The translations under genes and the position numbers were made by a program. From Chthoniobacteraceae bacterium (GTDB taxonomy: Bacteria; Verrucomicrobiota; Verrucomicrobiia; Chthoniobacterales; Chthoniobacteraceae): a DNA stretch of 44,440 bases. The notes under the pieces were generated by a model. The model was given only the letters and a program-made list of their open reading frames with translations. It made no database searches and had not been told where the DNA came from. This document shows, in pieces, positions 18,220 to 27,471 of this stretch. The DNA lies in NCBI GenBank assembly GCA_031409655.1, contig JANNXQ010000183.1, forward strand, positions 1 through 44,440, given 5' to 3'. Positions within the stretch are counted from its first letter, which is position 1; every line of letters starts with the position of its first letter.

Positions 18220-19149
18220 ATGCTCCCCGCTCTCCACTCCATCGCTGAACTCGCCGGAATCTCCGGCCCGCTCTACCTCGCTATCGGCGTTTTCGATGGG
18301 GTGCATCTCGGCCACCAGGCCGTGCTCCGTCGAGCGATCGAGGATGCGAAACGCGGCGGCGGCAGCGCGCTCGCGGTGACCTTCGATCCGCATCCACTCC
18401 GGGTGCTGCGACTGGAGAGTGCGCCGCGCCTGCTCACTTCGATCGCGCACAAGCTTCGCCTCATTCGCGAACTCGGCGTCGCGAATCTCCTCATCCTTCC
18501 GTTTGACGCCGCCTTTGCCGCGACGCCGCCGGATGAGTTTATCCGCGCGCTCGCGGCGGCGGGGGACTTGCGCGAGATCTGCGTCGGTCACGAGTGGTCC
18601 TTTGGAAAAGGACGCGCTGGAAATCTCGCGTTGCTCGCGAAGCTTGGGGACGAATTGGGCTTTGCGGAGGTGGGCGTCACGCCGGTGACGATCGACGGAC
18701 AGATCGTGAGCAGCACGCTGATCCGCGGCGCGGTCGAGCGCGGTGATCTGGCGACGGCGGAGCGCTTTCTCGGGCGTCCGTACACAATCCTTGGCACCGT
18801 GGTGGAAGGTGCGCACGTCGGCACGAAGCTCGGCTTTCCCACGGCCAATCTCGCGGCGCACAACGAGCAATTTCCACCGAACGGCGTCTATGCGGTGGAG
18901 GTCCGCACGAATGGCGATCGGCTGACGGGCGTCGCAAATATCGGCGTGCGTCCGACCGTCGCGGTGGCGGGCGGCGAGCGCCTGCTCGAAGTTCATCTCT
19001 TCGATTTCTCCAGGGATCTGTACGGCGCCGACGTCGAAGTCACCTTCCGAAAGTTTCTCCGCCCTGAGCAAAAATTCGCCGGACTCGATGCGCTCAAGGC
19101 GCAGATCGCCCGTGATGCCGAGGAGGCGCGCGGCTACTTCAAGGAGTAG
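18220..19149 (+). CDS. ribF: Bifunctional riboflavin kinase / FAD synthetase
   Basis: GVFDGVHLGH, TFDPHP, VSSTLIR, LGFPTAN, GVRPT, EVHLFDF. Confidence 0.97.
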   Translation: MLPALHSIAELAGISGPLYLAIGVFDGVHLGHQAVLRRAIEDAKRGGGSALAVTFDPHPLRVLRLESAPRLLTSIAHKLRLIRELGVANLLILPFDAAFAATPPDEFIRALAAAGDLREICVGHEWSFGKGRAGNLALLAKLGDELGFAEVGVTPVTIDGQIVSSTLIRGAVERGDLATAERFLGRPYTILGTVVEGAHVGTKLGFPTANLAAHNEQFPPNGVYAVEVRTNGDRLTGVANIGVRPTVAVAGGERLLEVHLFDFSRDLYGADVEVTFRKFLRPEQKFAGLDALKAQIARDAEEARGYFKE

Positions 19150-19200
19150 GGGCGCCCTCGCCCCGAGTCTGGAAACTGGGGCCGAGGGCGGCCCCACTCC
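19141..19200. repeat. REP/REPIN-like palindrome, copy 2
   Basis: First 29 nt (AAGGAGTAGGGGCGCCCTCGCCCCGAGTC) are identical to 7001-7029; right arm GGGGCCGAGGGCGGCCCCACTCC; between convergent genes. Confidence 0.85.
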
Positions 19201-19212
19201 GTGGAGGTGCGC

Positions 19213-20988
19213 TCAGCCTGGATACAGCTTCCAGAAGACGGGAATGAGCGGCAGCACGACGAGCACGAGCACGAGCGTGAGGCCGGTGCCGACCTTCACG
19301 AAATCCACGAAGCGATACTTTCCCGGTCCATAGACGAGGATGCAGGAGGGCTCGAAGGGCGCGATGAAGGAGATCGATGCGGCGAGCATCACGGCGATGG
19401 CGAAGGTGCGGTCGTTGGCCCCGAGTTGATGGGCGGTCTTGATGGCGATCGGGAGGACGACGAGGGCGGCAGCGGCATTCGACATCGGCTGCGTGAGCAG
19501 GATGGTGAGGACGAAGAATCCGGCGAGAATCGCCATGATGCCGAAGGGTTGGAGCTGGTCCACGATGTGGGTGGCAAGATATTGCGCGGTGCCGGTCTTT
19601 TCCATCGCCGTGCCGAAGGCCGTCATGCCGCCGATGAGGATGAGCAGTCGCCAGTCGATGAACTCGTACGCTTTTTCCGCGCTGATGCAGCGGAGGAGCA
19701 CGGCGAGGGCAGCGGCGCTGAGAAATGCGATCGAGATCGGCATCCAGCCGAGCGAGCCGGCGAGCACGGCGGCGGCGAAAAGCGCGACGGTGTAGAGACC
19801 CTTGCGCGGGTTGTAGAGCGGCTCGGGCACTTCCTCGAGGATGGAGAGGCCGGGCAGGCTGCGCATCGCTTCGACGCGATCGTCCGGACCCTGCACGAGG
19901 AGGAGGTCGCCGACGCGCAGGACGGTTTCGCCGATGCCTTCGAGCAGGCTCTGGCCGTGGCGGTAGATCGCCAGGACGGTGAGGCCGTAGTAGCGGCGGA
20001 AATTGGCCTCGCGCAGGGTGCGGCCCGGGAGTTCGCTCTGGAGGGTGAGGAGGACTTCGGCCATCCGAAATTTCGCACTCGCGAGATCGCGGTCGCCGAG
20101 CGCGAACTCGGGCTTGATCTCGATGCCTTCGATCTTCTTCACCTTCATCAAATTTTCGATCTGACCTTCGACGAGCAGGGTGTCGCCCTCCTCGAGGATG
20201 ACGCGGGAAGAGGGGAGAAACTCATCCTTCCCGCGGATCACTTTCAGGATGCGGAATTCGAGGACGTTGAGATCAGAATCGAAGCTCATCTGGCCGATGA
20301 GCGGCGAGCCGGGGAGCACGATGATCTCGCTCAGGTACTCACGCATGGCGTAGGAGCTGGTGATGTCAGCGGTGCTGTGCTTAGGCAGCAAGCGGCGTCC
20401 GATGAGCATCATGTACGCAGTGCCGACGAAGACGATGATCAGCCCCACCGGCGTGATCTCAAACATGCTCAACTCGACCATCCCGGCCTTCTTCATATAG
20501 CCGCTCACAGCGACATTTGTGGAGGTGCCGATGAGCGTGCAGGTGCCGCCGAGGATGGACGCGAAGGCGAGCGGCATGAGCAACTGCGAGGCGCTGACTT
20601 TCGCGCGCCGCGCCACGCCGATGACGGGCGGCGTGAGCATCGCAGTGACCGTCGTATTATTCATGAAGGCGGAGATGCCACTCGCGAAACTCATGAGGAT
20701 GAAAACGAGACGGCTCGTGCTGCCGCTGGCGACTTTCATGAGCCGCGCGCCGAGGAGATCGAGCACACCGGTTGCCTGGAGCGCGCCGCTGATCACGAAG
20801 ATCGACGCGAGGATGATGATGATCTCGTTACTGAAACCCTCGAAGGCTTCGGCCGGCGAGAGGATGCCGCCCATGACCAAGGCGACGATGAGCCCGATGG
20901 TGATGACATCCACCGTGATCTTCTCCCAGGCAAAGAGGGCGATCGCCGCGAGCAGCAGCAGCAGGACGTAAGCGATCGGGAGCGTCAC
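19213..20988 (-). CDS. SLC13/DASS-family permease with two TrkA-C (RCK_C) domains
   Basis: SAFMNNT, LGGTCTLIGTSTN, MSNAAAA, VYGPGKYRFVDF; central LEEGDTLL and LRVGDLLL TrkA-C repeats. Confidence 0.92.
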   Translation of the reverse strand: MTLPIAYVLLLLLAAIALFAWEKITVDVITIGLIVALVMGGILSPAEAFEGFSNEIIIILASIFVISGALQATGVLDLLGARLMKVASGSTSRLVFILMSFASGISAFMNNTTVTAMLTPPVIGVARRAKVSASQLLMPLAFASILGGTCTLIGTSTNVAVSGYMKKAGMVELSMFEITPVGLIIVFVGTAYMMLIGRRLLPKHSTADITSSYAMREYLSEIIVLPGSPLIGQMSFDSDLNVLEFRILKVIRGKDEFLPSSRVILEEGDTLLVEGQIENLMKVKKIEGIEIKPEFALGDRDLASAKFRMAEVLLTLQSELPGRTLREANFRRYYGLTVLAIYRHGQSLLEGIGETVLRVGDLLLVQGPDDRVEAMRSLPGLSILEEVPEPLYNPRKGLYTVALFAAAVLAGSLGWMPISIAFLSAAALAVLLRCISAEKAYEFIDWRLLILIGGMTAFGTAMEKTGTAQYLATHIVDQLQPFGIMAILAGFFVLTILLTQPMSNAAAALVVLPIAIKTAHQLGANDRTFAIAVMLAASISFIAPFEPSCILVYGPGKYRFVDFVKVGTGLTLVLVLVVLPLIPVFWKLYPG

Positions 20989-21012
20989 GGGAGGGAAGGG
21001 GAATGACGAAGG

Positions 21013-21945
21013 TCACTTCGCGGCGGCGGCGATCAGCGCGGCGCGCATCGTTTCGAGCGGAGCCTCGCGATTGAACCAGATCTCAAAGGACAACGCGCCT
21101 TGGTGCAGCAGCATCGAGAGACCGTTCGCGCTGCGGGCACCAGCTTCGTCGGCGGCCTGCATGAGACGGGTGCGGCTCGCGGTGTAGATGGTGTCGTAAA
21201 CCATGAGGTGCGGTTGCAGAATCGCGCCGGGGAGGGGAGATGGATCGGTCCGCTTCATGCCGACCGAAGTGCAGTTGATCACGAGGTCGGTGGTCTCGAG
21301 TTGCGCGCGCAGGATCGTCTCATCCCACGGCGCGACCAGGAGTCGCTCGCCAGGACCCGAGACGCGTGGTCCGCGGAAAAGAGGCTCGAGTTCGCCGGCC
21401 AGGGCGCGCGCTTTTTCCGGCGTGCGATTCACCAGCACCAGCCGCTCGCAGCCTTCGATGCCGCATTGCATGGCGATCGCCCGACCCGCGCCGCCGCCCG
21501 CGCCGAGCACCATCACGCGCAGGTCGCGCAGATCGACGCCGAATTCCGCCCGCAGCGCGCGCACGAGTCCCGGGCCATCGGTGTTGAAGCCGACGAGCTG
21601 ATCGGCTTCCACGACGACGGTGTTCACCACGCCGATGCGCAACGCGTGCTCATCCACGCGATTCATCAGCGGGATGGCGGCGGCCTTGTGCGGGATGGTG
21701 CAGTTCACGCCGATGAAGCCTTTCTCCGGAAGCCTGCGCAGCGCCTGCCCCAACTCCTCGGGCCGGATGTGCAGCCGGCAGTAGCGCGCGTCGATGTCGC
21801 ATTTTTCGAGCGCCGCATTGTGCATCTGCGGTGAAGCGGAATGCGCGACGGGATCGCCAAAGACCGCGAGCCGGATCGCGGGCGCTTCGCCAGCGGTGGC
21901 CGTTCCCCACGCCGCGAGATCGGCGGATGAATAGATGTCCTTCAC
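21013..21945 (-). CDS. aroE: Shikimate dehydrogenase
   Basis: GDPVAHSASP, GVNCTIPHK, VNT, NTDG, GAGGG, NRT, GLSMLLHQG. Confidence 0.95.
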   Translation of the reverse strand: MKDIYSSADLAAWGTATAGEAPAIRLAVFGDPVAHSASPQMHNAALEKCDIDARYCRLHIRPEELGQALRRLPEKGFIGVNCTIPHKAAAIPLMNRVDEHALRIGVVNTVVVEADQLVGFNTDGPGLVRALRAEFGVDLRDLRVMVLGAGGGAGRAIAMQCGIEGCERLVLVNRTPEKARALAGELEPLFRGPRVSGPGERLLVAPWDETILRAQLETTDLVINCTSVGMKRTDPSPLPGAILQPHLMVYDTIYTASRTRLMQAADEAGARSANGLSMLLHQGALSFEIWFNREAPLETMRAALIAAAAK

Positions 21946-22160
21946 ACGCCAGCGTAGATGGCTGGCCGATAGAGCGGCGCTGGGATTTTCTTTCGCCGGG
22001 CGCGCGCAGTTTTCAGCCAGGCCGCTTTCGCGATCATCACCTCATGCACGGCTTCCTCCGGCGATGCGCCGAAGGCAGAGCACGATTTCAGATCGGGAAT
22101 GTCGGCGATATAGCCGGCGTCGTCGTCGCTGTAGAAAACGTTGATGTGGTAGTCACTCAT
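21942..22160 (-). CDS. hicB: HicB-family antitoxin, short form (72 aa)
   Basis: From ATG 22160: YIADIPDLKSCSAFGASPEEAVHEV...W...IPAP, the HicB toxin-binding fold pattern; immediately downstream of hicA. Confidence 0.88.
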   Translation of the reverse strand: MSDYHINVFYSDDDAGYIADIPDLKSCSAFGASPEEAVHEVMIAKAAWLKTARARRKKIPAPLYRPAIYAGV

Positions 22161-22413
22161 CTTTGGAACCTCTGAGCTGCAACTTGAACTCTTCGACATC
22201 GCGAAGCAACTGCCGAACCTGATAGGGCTTCGCCTGGCCATGGACGTTTTGCACGTTGAGGGGACGGCTGGCTTGTGGGTGGAAAAAAAGGTGGTGGCTG
22301 CCACTCACCCGGTCCAGCCGGTATCCGAAGGCTTCGGCGAGCCGGCAGAGATCGGCAAAGCGAAAGTTCTTCGTCCCTCCGAGCGCGCGCCAGAGGAGCT
22401 TTTCCGCCTTCAT
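22153..22413 (-). CDS. hicA: HicA-family toxin (dsRBD-like mRNA interferase)
   Basis: 86 aa with FGYRLDRVSGSHHLFFHP (GSH catalytic His) and AKPYQVRQ; precedes hicB. Confidence 0.9.
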   Translation of the reverse strand: MKAEKLLWRALGGTKNFRFADLCRLAEAFGYRLDRVSGSHHLFFHPQASRPLNVQNVHGQAKPYQVRQLLRDVEEFKLQLRGSKDE

Positions 22414-23735
22414 CTGAACTGCTCCCGCGTCCGCTCAAGGCGCGCGAGTACGCGCTCTTTCCCGAGCACCTCGAGCATGTGGTAAAGGCTCGGGCCGATG
22501 CTGCGTCCGCTCACGGCGATCCGCGCGGGGTGGATGAACTCCGCGGGCTTGCAGGCTTGCGCGACGGCGAGTTCTTTCAGCTTCGCTTCGAGAGTCGGGG
22601 CGTCCCACGGATCGAGCGCGGCGTAGCCTTCGCCGAGCTGGGCGAGGCGGTCGAGCGAGCCGGGTTTGGTCAGTGATTTCTCTACGGCGGCGGGGTCGTA
22701 GGCGTAGTCCTCCGTGAAGAAAAACGAGACGCGATCCGGCAATTCCGTGAGGCGCGTCACCTTCATCTTTTCCAGCGCCAGCACGGCCTCGAGCGCGGCG
22801 TCATTGGCGCAGACGATCCCCGCTCTTTCCAGATAAGGTCGCGCCAGGGTGCGGTAGCGCTCCAGAGGCATAGCCTGAATGTACTGCGCGTTCAGCCAGT
22901 CGCATTTCGCGAGATCGAAGACGGCGGCCTTGCGATTGATCGCCGGCAGATCGAAGCGGCGCACCACTTCCTCGATCTCCAGCTTCTCGGTATCATCCTT
23001 CGGCGACCAGCCGAGCAGGCAGAGGAAATTGCGCATGGCCTCGGGCACGTAGCCGCCCTCGATGTAGCTCGCCATGGCCGCGCCCTGGTCGCGCTTGCTC
23101 ATCTTCGAGCCGTCGAGATTCAGGATCAGCGGGATGTGGGCAAAGCGCGGCGGCACCGCGCCGAGCGCCTGGTAGAGTTGGAGGTGCTTGGGCGTATTCG
23201 AGAGATGATCCTCGCCGCGGATGACGTGGGTGATCCGCATCTCGATGTCGTCCACCACATTCACAAAGTGAAAGATCCACGAGCCATCGGGCCGGCGGAT
23301 GGTCATGTCGGGATTCGCTTCCGCGAGCGCAAAATCAAACTGCACACGACCGCAGATCGCGTCGTCCACTTCCACGACTTCGCGGCGAAAGCGGAAGCGC
23401 CAGGCCCCGCCGTCCTCGTAGAGATGCCCGCCGGCGCGGAGCTTTTCGAAATGGCTCAGGTAGATCGCCTCGCGCTCGCTCTGGAAATACGGCCCGCAAT
23501 TTCCGCCGACCTGCGGGCCTTCATCCCAGTCGAGTCCCAGCCACGCGAGTCCATCGTAGATCGCCTGCATCGCGGGTTCGGTGTTGCGCGCCTTGTCGGT
23601 GTCCTCGATGCGCAGGACGAAAGTGCCGCCGTGATGGCGGGCGTAGAGCCAGTTGAAAAGCGCGGTGCGGGCGCCGCCGACATGCAGGTAGCCAGTGGGT
23701 GAGGGGGCAAAACGGACGCGGACAGCGGAACTCAT
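22410..23735 (-). CDS. gltX: Glutamate--tRNA ligase
   Basis: RFAPSPTGYLHVGG, RIEDTD, IRGEDH, KMSKR, LLGWS; C-terminal anticodon domain (PARIAVSG..GPSL). Confidence 0.96.
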   Translation of the reverse strand: MSSAVRVRFAPSPTGYLHVGGARTALFNWLYARHHGGTFVLRIEDTDKARNTEPAMQAIYDGLAWLGLDWDEGPQVGGNCGPYFQSEREAIYLSHFEKLRAGGHLYEDGGAWRFRFRREVVEVDDAICGRVQFDFALAEANPDMTIRRPDGSWIFHFVNVVDDIEMRITHVIRGEDHLSNTPKHLQLYQALGAVPPRFAHIPLILNLDGSKMSKRDQGAAMASYIEGGYVPEAMRNFLCLLGWSPKDDTEKLEIEEVVRRFDLPAINRKAAVFDLAKCDWLNAQYIQAMPLERYRTLARPYLERAGIVCANDAALEAVLALEKMKVTRLTELPDRVSFFFTEDYAYDPAAVEKSLTKPGSLDRLAQLGEGYAALDPWDAPTLEAKLKELAVAQACKPAEFIHPARIAVSGRSIGPSLYHMLEVLGKERVLARLERTREQFR

Positions 23736-23802
23736 AAGCGGGGCGGGAAGGTACCGCATGGACCCCGGCCTTGGAAGCGAAAAGGGCGCGCGGGTGCGGC
23801 CC

Positions 23803-23914
23803 TGGGAGCGCCGCCGTCCCGTGCGGCATCCACCGAAACGCGCGCCGCGCCGATATTCTTAGGTGGCGCTTTCGCGCGTAGGGGACGATGCCGCACGGAA
23901 CGGCGGCGCTCCCA
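23803..23914. repeat. REPIN-like long inverted repeat
   Basis: TGGGAGCGCCGCCGTCCCGTGCGGCATC (23803-23830) pairs with 23887-23914 at 27/28; the inner spacer is also partly self-complementary. Confidence 0.88.
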
Positions 23915-23917
23915 AGC

Positions 23918-25012
23918 CTAGCGCCGTCGCCCGAGGAGGAAAGGGAGACTGACCGCGGAGAGGCCCGCGCCGGCGATGGTCACGATCAGCCAAAATGTCC
24001 GCGCGCCGGAGGGCGGCGCGACTTTCGCTCCGCCGGCTGGGGTCGGCTTCGTTCCGTCGGAAGTGACCATCTCCGTTGCAGCCTCACTGGGTTCGGTGGG
24101 CGTTGGAAGATTGGGCAAGCCGAAGGTGTCAGACTGCAGCAGCGCATCCCAATCCGCGGCGATGAGCAGATCGGCGCCGGGGTTCAGTTCCTTCACCTCG
24201 TTCGAGCATTTCTCGATGAGCAAACGCGCGGCCTGCGCGATGGCCTCGGCCTGAAGACCCGCGCCCGTCAGAGCGGAGAGCGCGCGCCCGCGTCCGTAGA
24301 TCGGGATGGCCATCGGTCCCGGCGCGTCCTTCAGGTCGCTTGCGGTGCCGAGGAGCATCTGGACGAAAGGTTGCTCGGCCGGGTCGTCGCGGGCCACGCG
24401 GAGCACCGAGAAATCGAGCCGCAAATCCTCCTGCGCCCCGGTGACGAGGTTGCCTGCCTCGGGCCGCGGCAGGGTCAGCGTGGATTCGAGTTCCGTGAGC
24501 CGTTCGTCGAGCAGCTTCGCCGCGGCGGAGTCGGGCGCGGCGGCGCCACTTTCCAGCAGCACCCAGACTGCGCTCCCACCTTGCGCCAGGCGCTGGACGA
24601 TCTCCTTCCGGCTCGGCGAATCGAGGATCTGCGCCACGATCTCCGCCGTCAGCGGGCCGGACCAAACCGTGGTACCCGATTTCACCGTGCGCGGCATTTT
24701 CACCACGACCCACGGGAACGGCCCCTCAATCTCCGATGGTGCGAGAGCGAGCAGTCCCGCGTCCGGATTCGCGGTGAGATCGACGGTTTGCACCGAGATA
24801 TTCGCGTGGAGAGCTCCGGCGAGACCTTCTGCTCCGAGATCGCGCACCACCGCCTGCGGCGTCTCCGAAAGCGTGCCGCGATGATAGACCACCGCTTCAA
24901 AATCATCCGCCGGCCAATGCTCCAGCGCATAGCGGAAGACCGGCCCGGAACCCGCCTGCACCGCCGAAGTGACGATGAGCACATTCAAGAAAAGAAAAGC
25001 GAACAGGCGCAT
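23918..25012 (-). CDS. Hypothetical exported protein with C-terminal membrane anchor
   Basis: Signal peptide, PVFRYALEHW, PIYGRGRAL, NPGADLL..DW, Pro/Thr linker, C-terminal TM and GRRR tail. Confidence 0.8.
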   Translation of the reverse strand: MRLFAFLFLNVLIVTSAVQAGSGPVFRYALEHWPADDFEAVVYHRGTLSETPQAVVRDLGAEGLAGALHANISVQTVDLTANPDAGLLALAPSEIEGPFPWVVVKMPRTVKSGTTVWSGPLTAEIVAQILDSPSRKEIVQRLAQGGSAVWVLLESGAAAPDSAAAKLLDERLTELESTLTLPRPEAGNLVTGAQEDLRLDFSVLRVARDDPAEQPFVQMLLGTASDLKDAPGPMAIPIYGRGRALSALTGAGLQAEAIAQAARLLIEKCSNEVKELNPGADLLIAADWDALLQSDTFGLPNLPTPTEPSEAATEMVTSDGTKPTPAGGAKVAPPSGARTFWLIVTIAGAGLSAVSLPFLLGRRR

Positions 25013-25181
25013 GAGCGGGGAAGAGATGGGGCAGCGGGGAACGGCGAACAGTGGAGACGGACCGCGCGTCGCTGTCCATCTTCACGATCCGTTTCCGGCA
25101 ATTGCTTGATCGAATTCCAGCGAACGCGCCCGTCTTCCCGACGGCCGGAGGAAACCACGGAACGAGTCGCCGTGCGAGAGA

Positions 25182-25373
25182 CTGAGCCGGAACGATGCCG
25201 TTGGAAGCGTGTGGCGTGGTTGGAAAACGCAGAGACGCGGAGAGGCAGAGCACGCAGAGATCGGGATTGAATCCGTACCATTTCGTGCGCGGCGTTCTCC
25301 ACCCGCTGTGACCTCTACGTCTCTGCGTTTTGCAAACATCACCTCCCATTTCATCGGCATCGTTCCGACTGAG
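25182..25373. repeat. Degenerate long inverted repeat (MITE/REP-like) with CGCAGAG motifs
   Basis: Blocks CGGAACGATGCCG and AAAACGCAGAGACG, 23 bp apart, recur as reverse complements with the same spacing at 25312-25373. Confidence 0.7.
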
Positions 25374-25468
25374 CGCTTCCTTCCCGCGTTCCGTCTCTGG
25401 CGAGAGGAGGGAGGAGCGGACTCTACGCTTGCGCACGGCGGGGCGGGCAGTGCGATAAAGGTGACGCC

Positions 25469-26488
25469 ATGAGCAACCATCCGCCCCGCAAGCGCGCCCA
25501 CCTTCGCAAGCGCACTGTGTCGATCATCGGCACCGGTAGTTACGTTCCGGAGAAAGTGCTGACGAATGCGGAACTCGCGAAGAGCGTGGAGACGAGTGAC
25601 GAGTGGATCGTGTCGCGGACGGGAATCAAGGAGCGGCGGATCGCGGGGCCCGACGAGGCGACGAGTGATCTCGCGACGAAGGCGGCGCTGGCGGCGATGG
25701 AGAATGCCGGGATCACGGCGGAGGAGATCGATCTCATCATCGTGGCGACGGTCACGCCGGACATGTTTTTCCCGAGCACCGCGTGCTTCGTGCAGCAGAA
25801 GATCGGGGCAAAGCACGCGGCGTGTTTCGATGTGAGTGCGGCGTGCGCGGGCTTTCTCTATGCGCTGGAGATTGCGCAGCAGTTCATCACTTCACACACC
25901 TACGACACCATCCTCGTGATCGGGGCGGAGAAGCTTTCGTCGATCGTGGACTGGACGGATCGGAATACGTGCGTGCTCTTTGGCGATGGCGCGGGGGCGG
26001 CGGTGCTGCGGCATCGCGGTGGCAGCCACGGCGTGATCTCGACCTACATGGCGAGCGATGGTGGGCTGGCGGACATCCTGCAGATCCCCGGCGGGGGCTC
26101 GCGGACGCCGATCACGAAAGCGAATGCGGATGATCGGCTGAATTGCATCAAGATGAACGGCAAGGAGACCTACAAACATGCGGTGATCTCGATGCTGGAG
26201 GCGGCGACGTGCGCGCTGGCAGAGGCGAATCTGAATGCCTCGGATCTCGCGTGCATCATTCCCCATCAGGCGAATCTGCGGATCATCGAAGCGATCGCCC
26301 AACGGATGGAGGTGCCGCTGGAGCGTTTCATGGTGAATCTTGATCGCTTCGGGAATACGAGTGCAGCGGCGGTGGCGATCGCGCTGGATGAGGCGAATCG
26401 CACGGGGCGGATGAAGGAGGGCGACTACATCTTGCTGGTCGTCTTTGGCGGCGGTCTTACTTGGGCATCGAGTGTCATTCAGTGGTAG
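25469..26488 (+). CDS. fabH: Beta-ketoacyl-ACP synthase III
   Basis: WIVSRTGIKERR, AACAGF (Cys), LFGDGAGA, PHQAN (His), GNTSAA (Asn), FGGGLTW. Confidence 0.97.
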   Translation: MSNHPPRKRAHLRKRTVSIIGTGSYVPEKVLTNAELAKSVETSDEWIVSRTGIKERRIAGPDEATSDLATKAALAAMENAGITAEEIDLIIVATVTPDMFFPSTACFVQQKIGAKHAACFDVSAACAGFLYALEIAQQFITSHTYDTILVIGAEKLSSIVDWTDRNTCVLFGDGAGAAVLRHRGGSHGVISTYMASDGGLADILQIPGGGSRTPITKANADDRLNCIKMNGKETYKHAVISMLEAATCALAEANLNASDLACIIPHQANLRIIEAIAQRMEVPLERFMVNLDRFGNTSAAAVAIALDEANRTGRMKEGDYILLVVFGGGLTWASSVIQW

Positions 26489-26497
26489 GGAAAAGGC

Positions 26498-27355
26498 ATG
26501 CTCACCGACACCCACGCGCACCTCGATTTTCCGGACTTTGCTGGCGATCTGGACGCGGTGCTTGCGCGCGCTGCGGAGTCGGAGGTCACGCGGATCATCA
26601 CCATCGGCACGAGTGTGGAGAGCAGTCAGCGGGCGGTGGCGCTGGCGGAGAAGTATCCGCAGGTGTTTGCGGTCGTCGGGGTGCATCCGAATTCAGCGTC
26701 GGAAGCGGCGCCGGGTTTCATCGATGAGTTGCGGGAGATCGCGCGCCACCCGCGCGTGGTGGCGATCGGCGAGACGGGGCTCGATTATCATCGGCTGCCG
26801 GAAGCGTCGCCGCGGGCGGACTTGGAAGCGATCGCGGGTGCGGTGACGACCGGCGAGCCCGGTGACTTCGCCGCCGAGGTGCGGGCGAGCGCTGTGAAAG
26901 ACACCCAGGCCATTGTCTTCCAGCAACAGCTCGATCTCGCGGCGGAACTCGGGCTGAACGTGGTGATCCACGAGCGGGATGCCTGGGCGGATACGCTCGA
27001 ATTGCTGCGGCCTTACGGCGGCCGCGTGCGCGGGGTCTTTCACTGTTTCGGCAAGCCGCCAGAGCAGATGCAGGAGGTGCTCGATCTCGGGCATCTCGTG
27101 TCCTTCACCGGGATCGTTACTTTCAAAAACGGCACCGCCGCGCAGGACTCGGTGCGCGCCGTGCCGGGTGATCGTTTCATGGTGGAGACGGATTGCCCAT
27201 TTCTCTCGCCCGCTCCGTATCGCGGCAAACGCTGCGAGCCTGCACACACCCGCGTGGTGGCGGAAAAAGTAGCCGAGCTGCGGGGCGCGACGCTGGCGGA
27301 AATCGCCGCGCAGACGGCCGCGACGACGGAGCGTTTCTTCCGCTTCGGACGCTGA
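26498..27355 (+). CDS. tatD: TatD-family deoxyribonuclease
   Basis: DTHAHL, GVHP, IGETGLDY, IHER, FHCF, ETDCPFL. Confidence 0.93.
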   Translation: MLTDTHAHLDFPDFAGDLDAVLARAAESEVTRIITIGTSVESSQRAVALAEKYPQVFAVVGVHPNSASEAAPGFIDELREIARHPRVVAIGETGLDYHRLPEASPRADLEAIAGAVTTGEPGDFAAEVRASAVKDTQAIVFQQQLDLAAELGLNVVIHERDAWADTLELLRPYGGRVRGVFHCFGKPPEQMQEVLDLGHLVSFTGIVTFKNGTAAQDSVRAVPGDRFMVETDCPFLSPAPYRGKRCEPAHTRVVAEKVAELRGATLAEIAAQTAATTERFFRFGR

Positions 27356-27471
27356 CGGCACCGGATGATTTTTCGCTCTCGCCTAAGGCAGACGGGCAGA
27401 AAAGGGTTTCTACCAAGCACTCCGTGTGGCGATCATCGCCTCCCACCCTTCCACGAACCCGCTCCCATTTT

